NCBI GenBank assembly: GCA_019237595.1
Contig: JAFAGU010000348.1
Span: 1-40,724, forward strand
Reading direction: 5' to 3'
DNA from: Betaproteobacteria bacterium
GTDB lineage: Bacteria; Pseudomonadota; Gammaproteobacteria; Burkholderiales; SG8-39
Length of the DNA stretch: 40,724 nt
The notes beneath the pieces are model-generated. The model had not been told where the DNA came from. It worked only from the letters and a program-made list of their open reading frames with translations, and ran no database searches. A program made the translations under genes and the position numbers. Positions 37,037 to 40,724 of this stretch are shown piece after piece; position 1 is the first letter of the stretch; the number at the start of each line of letters is the position of its first letter.

Positions 37037-37432
37037 CTATTCGGAGGAGCCGCCGCGCAGCGAGCGCGCGAGCAGCATCGTGCGCAGGCCGGGAAGCTCG
37101 GGGTGGGTGACCGGCGCGCTGAACTCCGGCCGGTACTCGCGCGTCACCTCGCGCTCCACCGAGAGCCGCTCGCTTTCGGTGGAGTTCGCGAGGTCGTGCG
37201 TGGCCACGTAGAGGTTCCAGTCCGTGCCGGCGACCGAGATCCACTCTGCGTAGCGGGAGCTTTTTCTTATTGTTTCGATGGAAAACGTTTCCGCATGCCC
37301 GAAGTGCAGCGCGCGGAAAGTGAGCAATCGCCAGCCGGGGACCATCACGGCGTAGACGCCGGCGGTCCGCGGCGGCGACCACAGCGGCAGCAGGAACGGC
37401 CCGGCGAAGCTGCGGTTGCCGAGCGTGATCAC
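37037..37432 (-). CDS. hypothetical 131-aa protein inside the nrdA-nrdB spacer (possible degenerate GIY-YIG-like fold)
   Basis: The GTG at 37432 has AGGAGG 7 nt upstream and lies 16 nt after the nrdA stop. The stop codon lies 10 nt before the nrdB ATG. GC3 is high, as in neighbouring genes. The protein has no Cys. Confidence 0.6.
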   Translation of the reverse strand: MITLGNRSFAGPFLLPLWSPPRTAGVYAVMVPGWRLLTFRALHFGHAETFSIETIRKSSRYAEWISVAGTDWNLYVATHDLANSTESERLSVEREVTREYRPEFSAPVTHPELPGLRTMLLARSLRGGSSE

Positions 37433-37448
37433 CGGCCGGCCTCCTGCC

Positions 37449-40310
37449 TCATTGGCAGGCCTCGCATTCGGGATTGTCGATCGAGCAGAACTTGGGCTCG
37501 GCCGCGGCGGGCTCGGTGGTATCCGCCGAAGCGGAGAAGTGGCCGCCCGCCGCCGGAACGGCGTTGAGCGCGCCCGCCTTGGTCGTGGACTTCTCTGCGT
37601 GCGTGGCGCCCATGGACCGTAGGTAGTACGTGGTCTTCAGGCCCCGGATCCAGGCGAGCTTGTAGGTCTCGTCGAGCCGCTTGCCGGAAGCCCCGGCCAT
37701 GTAGATGTTGAGCGACTGGGACTGGTCGATCCACTTCTGCCGCCGGGCTGCCGCCTCGACCAGCCACTTCGGCTCGATCTCGAACGCGGTGGCATAGAGC
37801 CGGCGCAGGTCCGCCGGAGCGCGATCGATGCGCGCGAGGTTGCCGTCGAAGTACTTGAGGTCCGCGATCATCACCTCGTCCCAGAGCCCCGCCTTCTTCA
37901 GGTCGTCCACGAGGTAGTCGTTCACCACCGTGAACTCCCCGGAGAGGTTCGACTTGACGAAGAGATTCTGGTAGGTCGGCTCGATGGAGGCGGATACGCC
38001 GACGATGTTCGCGATCGTCGCCGTGGGCGCGATGGCGAGGCAGTTGGAGTTGCGCATGCCGTGCTTCTGGATGCGCGTGCGCAGCGACTCCCAGTCCAGG
38101 GTCGACGAACGGTCGAGCTCCACGTACCCGCCTCGTTCGGCGGCAAGCAGGTCGACCGTGTCCTGCGGCAGGACGCCCCGGTCCCACAGCGACCCGGGGA
38201 AGCTCGCGTAGCGTCCGCGTTCCTCGGCAAGCTCGGTCGAGGCCCAGTAGGCCGCGTACGCCACCATCTCCATCGAGCGGTCGGCGAACTCGACTGCGTG
38301 ATCCGATGCGTACGGCACGCGCATCTTGTGCAGGCAGTCCTGGAACCCCATGATGCCGAGCCCGACCGGGCGATGGCGCATGTTGGAGTTGCGCGCCTTG
38401 TCGACCGCGTAGTAGTTGATGTCGATCACGTTGTCGAGCATCCGCATCGCAGTCGAGATCGTCTTCCTCAGCTTCTGGAATTCGAGCCCCTTCTCCGTCA
38501 GATGCGCCACGAGGTTGACGGAGCCGAGGTTGCACACGGCGATCTCGTCGTCCGAGGTATTGAGCGTGATCTCGGTGCAGAGGTTGGAGCTGTGGACCAC
38601 CCCGGTGTGCTGCTGCGGGCTGCGCAGGTTGCAGGGGTCCTTGAACGTGATCCACGGATGCCCGGTCTCGAAGAGCATCGAGAGCATCTTGCGCCAGAGG
38701 CTCACCGCCGGGACCTTCTTGAAGAGCTTGAGCTCGCCGCGCGCCGCCATGTCCTCGTAGCGCCGGTAGGCGTCCTCGAAGTCCTTGCCGAACCGGTCGT
38801 GCAGGTCGCGGCAGTCCGAGGGGCTGAAGAGCGTCCACTCGGCGTTCTCCATGACGCGCTTCATGAAGAGGTCCGGGATCCAGTTCGCCGTGTTCATGTC
38901 GTGCGTGCGGCGCCGGTCGTCGCCCGTGTTCTTGCGCAGCTCCAGGAACTCCTCGATGTCGAGGTGCCAGGTCTCCAGGTAGGAGCACACGGCGCCCTTG
39001 CGCTTGCCGCCCTGGTTCACCGCGACCGCCGTGTCGTTCACGACCTTGAGGAACGGGACGACGCCCTGCGATTTGCCGTTCGTGCCCTTGATGTGCGAGC
39101 CGAGCGCGCGCACCGGGGTCCAGTCGTTCCCGAGCCCGCCGGCGTACTTGGCGAGGAGCGCGTTCTCCTTGATCGCCTCGTAGATGCCGTCCAGGTCGTC
39201 GGCGACGGTGGTCAGATAGCAGCTCGAAAGCTGGGAGCGGAGCGTCCCGGAGTTGAAGAGCGTCGGCGTCGAGCTCATGAAATCGAAGCTCGAGAGCACG
39301 TCGTAGAACTCGATCGCCCTCGCTTCGCGGTCCTTCTCCTTGAGCGATAGCCCCATGGCGACGCGCATGAAGAAGGCCTGCGGCAGCTCGATGCGGCGCC
39401 CGTGGACGTGCAGGAAATAGCGGTCGTAGAGCGTCTGGAGGCCGAGGTAGCCGAACTGGAGGTCGCGCTTCGCCTGCAGCGCCTTGCCGAGCTTCTGCAG
39501 GTCGAACTTGGCGAGCTCCGGATCGAGGAGCTCCGCGGCAATGCCTTCGGCGATGAATTTGGGGAAGTACGAGGCATAGCGCGTCGCCATGTCGGCCTGG
39601 GCGACTTCTTCGCCGAGCACTTCGAGCCGCACCGTGTGCAGGAGCAGCCGCGCGGTGACGTAGCTGTAGGCCGGGTCCTTCTCGATGAGGGCCCGCGCGG
39701 CGAGGATCGCGGACTTGCGGACTTCCTCCACCGGCACCCCGTCGTAGAGGTCGCGCAGCGTCGTGTCGAGGATGGCCTCGGGCCGCGCCGCCGCCAGCCC
39801 TTCGCAGGCGGCCGCGACGAGGCGGCCGAGCGCATCGCGGTCGAGCGGCTTGCGCTGCCCCCCGTCGACGACCTGGATGCCCGTGTCCGCCTTCCTGGCC
39901 GTGCGCTCCTGCGCGCGCGCCTTGGCGCGTTCCTCGCGGTAAAGCACGTAGGAGCGCGCCACGTCGTGCTCGCCCGAGCGCATCAGGGCGAGCTCGACCT
40001 GGTCCTGGATGTCCTCGATGTGGAACGTGCCGCCCTGCGGCTGCCGGCGAATGAGCGTCGCCACCACGGTCTCGGTCAGCCCGGCGACGACCTCCCGGAT
40101 CCGCGCCGAAGCGGCGCCCTGGCTGCCGTTCACGGCGAGGAACGCCTTCGTCATGGCGACGGAGATCTTGGCCGGCTCGAAGGCCACCACGGCGCCGTTC
40201 CTGCGGATGATCTTGTAGTCGGCGTAGGGGCTGCGCCCCGTGCTGCTCGACTCAGGAACCGCGACGCCGGGAACCGGCGCGACGGAGGCGTTCTCCTGAG
40301 CAATCTGCAT
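37449..40310 (-). CDS. nrdA: class Ia ribonucleotide reductase alpha subunit
   Basis: The protein is 953 aa. The N-terminal ATP-cone region reads IIRRNGAVVAFEPAKI. The catalytic core reads NLCTEI and the C-terminal redox pair is PECEACQ. Confidence 0.95.
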   Translation of the reverse strand: MQIAQENASVAPVPGVAVPESSSTGRSPYADYKIIRRNGAVVAFEPAKISVAMTKAFLAVNGSQGAASARIREVVAGLTETVVATLIRRQPQGGTFHIEDIQDQVELALMRSGEHDVARSYVLYREERAKARAQERTARKADTGIQVVDGGQRKPLDRDALGRLVAAACEGLAAARPEAILDTTLRDLYDGVPVEEVRKSAILAARALIEKDPAYSYVTARLLLHTVRLEVLGEEVAQADMATRYASYFPKFIAEGIAAELLDPELAKFDLQKLGKALQAKRDLQFGYLGLQTLYDRYFLHVHGRRIELPQAFFMRVAMGLSLKEKDREARAIEFYDVLSSFDFMSSTPTLFNSGTLRSQLSSCYLTTVADDLDGIYEAIKENALLAKYAGGLGNDWTPVRALGSHIKGTNGKSQGVVPFLKVVNDTAVAVNQGGKRKGAVCSYLETWHLDIEEFLELRKNTGDDRRRTHDMNTANWIPDLFMKRVMENAEWTLFSPSDCRDLHDRFGKDFEDAYRRYEDMAARGELKLFKKVPAVSLWRKMLSMLFETGHPWITFKDPCNLRSPQQHTGVVHSSNLCTEITLNTSDDEIAVCNLGSVNLVAHLTEKGLEFQKLRKTISTAMRMLDNVIDINYYAVDKARNSNMRHRPVGLGIMGFQDCLHKMRVPYASDHAVEFADRSMEMVAYAAYWASTELAEERGRYASFPGSLWDRGVLPQDTVDLLAAERGGYVELDRSSTLDWESLRTRIQKHGMRNSNCLAIAPTATIANIVGVSASIEPTYQNLFVKSNLSGEFTVVNDYLVDDLKKAGLWDEVMIADLKYFDGNLARIDRAPADLRRLYATAFEIEPKWLVEAAARRQKWIDQSQSLNIYMAGASGKRLDETYKLAWIRGLKTTYYLRSMGATHAEKSTTKAGALNAVPAAGGHFSASADTTEPAAAEPKFCSIDNPECEACQ

Positions 40311-40392
40311 GTCCCTGTCTCCCGTATCTGGTTCTCGTTCCCGGGACCGTCCGCCGCGTTCTGTGCGGTTGCGTGACGACCTTCCGTTCCGC

Positions 40393-40439
40393 CTACAACA
40401 TCTAGTGCGGCGTACTCACAGATGCACAACTTGTGGTGC
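40393..40439 (-). promoter_or_regulatory. proximal pair of NrdR-box-like 16-mers, centres 31 bp apart
   Basis: CTACAACATCTAGTGC lies at 40393-40408 and GCACAACTTGTGGTGC at 40424-40439. Each matches about 10/16 of the published consensus acaCwAtATaTwGtgt. The second has 6 of 8 palindromic pairs. Confidence 0.5.
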
Positions 40440-40468
40440 AGCCTACCCGCGCGAATTTTTTTTTGCAA
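40440..40468 (-). promoter_or_regulatory. candidate sigma70 promoter of nrdA
   Basis: On the minus strand the sequence reads TTGCAA (40468-40463), 17 nt, TAGGCT (45-40). The -10 abuts the proximal NrdR-like box. The implied leader is about 120 nt. Confidence 0.35.
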
Positions 40469-40476
40469 GCGCGCGG

Positions 40477-40523
40477 CCACTAAATGTGGGACAAGGACCC
40501 CTTGTGGACCCTACATATAGGGG
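40477..40523 (-). promoter_or_regulatory. second pair of NrdR-box-like elements, centres about 31 bp apart
   Basis: CCACTAAATGTGGGAC lies at 40477-40492 (weaker, arms CCAC/GTGG). ACCCTACATATAGGGG lies at 40508-40523 (about 12/16 to the consensus, 6 of 8 palindromic pairs). Confidence 0.45.
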
Positions 40524-40547
40524 CGTTGCCGCAGTGCAGCACGAGGG

Positions 40548-40594
40548 GTACTACACCCGGTGCACTCGTCGGAAGAAACGACTAGATCTAGTGC
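40548..40594 (-). promoter_or_regulatory. possible third NrdR-like pair overlapping the ampD stop
   Basis: CGACTAGATCTAGTGC at 40579-40594 contains the perfect 12-bp palindrome ACTAGATCTAGT. It shares ATCTAGTGCG with the box at 40393-40408. Its partner 31 bp away (40548-40563, GTACTACACCCGGTGC) is poor. Confidence 0.3.
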
Positions 40595-40724
40595 GCGGCG
40601 GCGAGCGCGGCGAGCACCCGCCGCCACGCGAAGTGCGGGCCCGGGTCGGACTTCCGGCCCGGGGCGACGTCGCTGTGCGAGGCGACCTCGCGCAGCGGAA
40701 CGGTTTTTCTCAGTTCCGCGACGA
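40588..40724 (-). CDS. ampD: AmpD-type N-acetylmuramoyl-L-alanine amidase, C-terminal 45 codons (gene starts beyond right edge)
   Basis: My translation is VAELRKTVPLREVASHSDVAPGRKSDPGPHFAWRRVLAALAAAH*. It is collinear with the E. coli AmpD segment GHCDIAPDRKTDPGPAFDWARF. Confidence 0.75.
   Translation of the reverse strand, partial: VAELRKTVPLREVASHSDVAPGRKSDPGPHFAWRRVLAALAAAH

Noticed and set aside
37429-39350. ORFs 37429..38988 (minus strand, 519 aa) and 38061..39350 (plus strand, 429 aa) inside nrdA
   Set aside because: The nrdA frame (37449..40310) is unambiguous. These are GC-driven shadow ORFs.
40581-40592. Perfect palindrome ACTAGATCTAGT as an ampD terminator or a restriction/mobile-element end
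   Set aside because: It is too short and AT-rich for a terminator stem and has no U-tract. It shares ATCTAGTGCG with the nrdA-proximal box and fits the NrdR half-site pattern better.

Overview
This is a GC-rich (by eye about two-thirds G+C), densely packed proteobacterial chromosome segment. It probably comes from a betaproteobacterium-like lineage; that is an inference from an orphan Bug/TctC binding protein, the fdxA / trxA-rho-rpmE2 gene order and a long NrdA. I support about 44 protein genes. I found no rRNA or tRNA genes, no CRISPR array, no IS, transposase or integrase, and no recognisable defence genes.

The window falls into three parts:
- **Left third (2.4-15.4 kb):** looks accessory and is a periplasmic redox and hydrolase block. 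It holds a Tat-dependent three-subunit GMC flavocytochrome dehydrogenase. It also holds a tightly coupled five-gene operon (CocE/NonD hydrolase, orphan TctC, NHL propeller, cupin, and a heme-c/Vgb-like propeller). Next come a YVTN propeller, a small CxxCH protein and a short-Q-loop cytochrome bd oxidase.
- **Middle:** housekeeping genes. These are fdxA, trxA, rho, rpmE2, pgi, orn, an M48 protease and phhB, plus an orphan HicB.
- **Right third:** a maeB-patatin-PhaM-like-qor-Nudix gene string, an aminotransferase, a lytic transglycosylase, a lysine-rich histone-like gene, the nrdA-nrdB operon and the 3' end of ampD.

I cannot point to a clear-cut novel system. The best candidates for a second look are:
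1. An unassignable 131-aa gene with a degenerate GIY-YIG-like motif pattern sits exactly between nrdA and nrdB, and a DUF2442 gene is appended after nrdB.
2. The five-gene secreted hydrolase/propeller operon has no obvious assigned function.
3. A 480-bp non-coding, highly self-complementary gap lies next to the lysine-rich gene.
4. Phased NrdR-box pairs lie upstream of nrdA.
5. Several very short divergent intergenic regions place -10-like hexamers 7-9 nt from start codons that lack Shine-Dalgarno (SD) sites, which may mean leaderless genes.

All family assignments come from motif recognition by eye. No database search was run.
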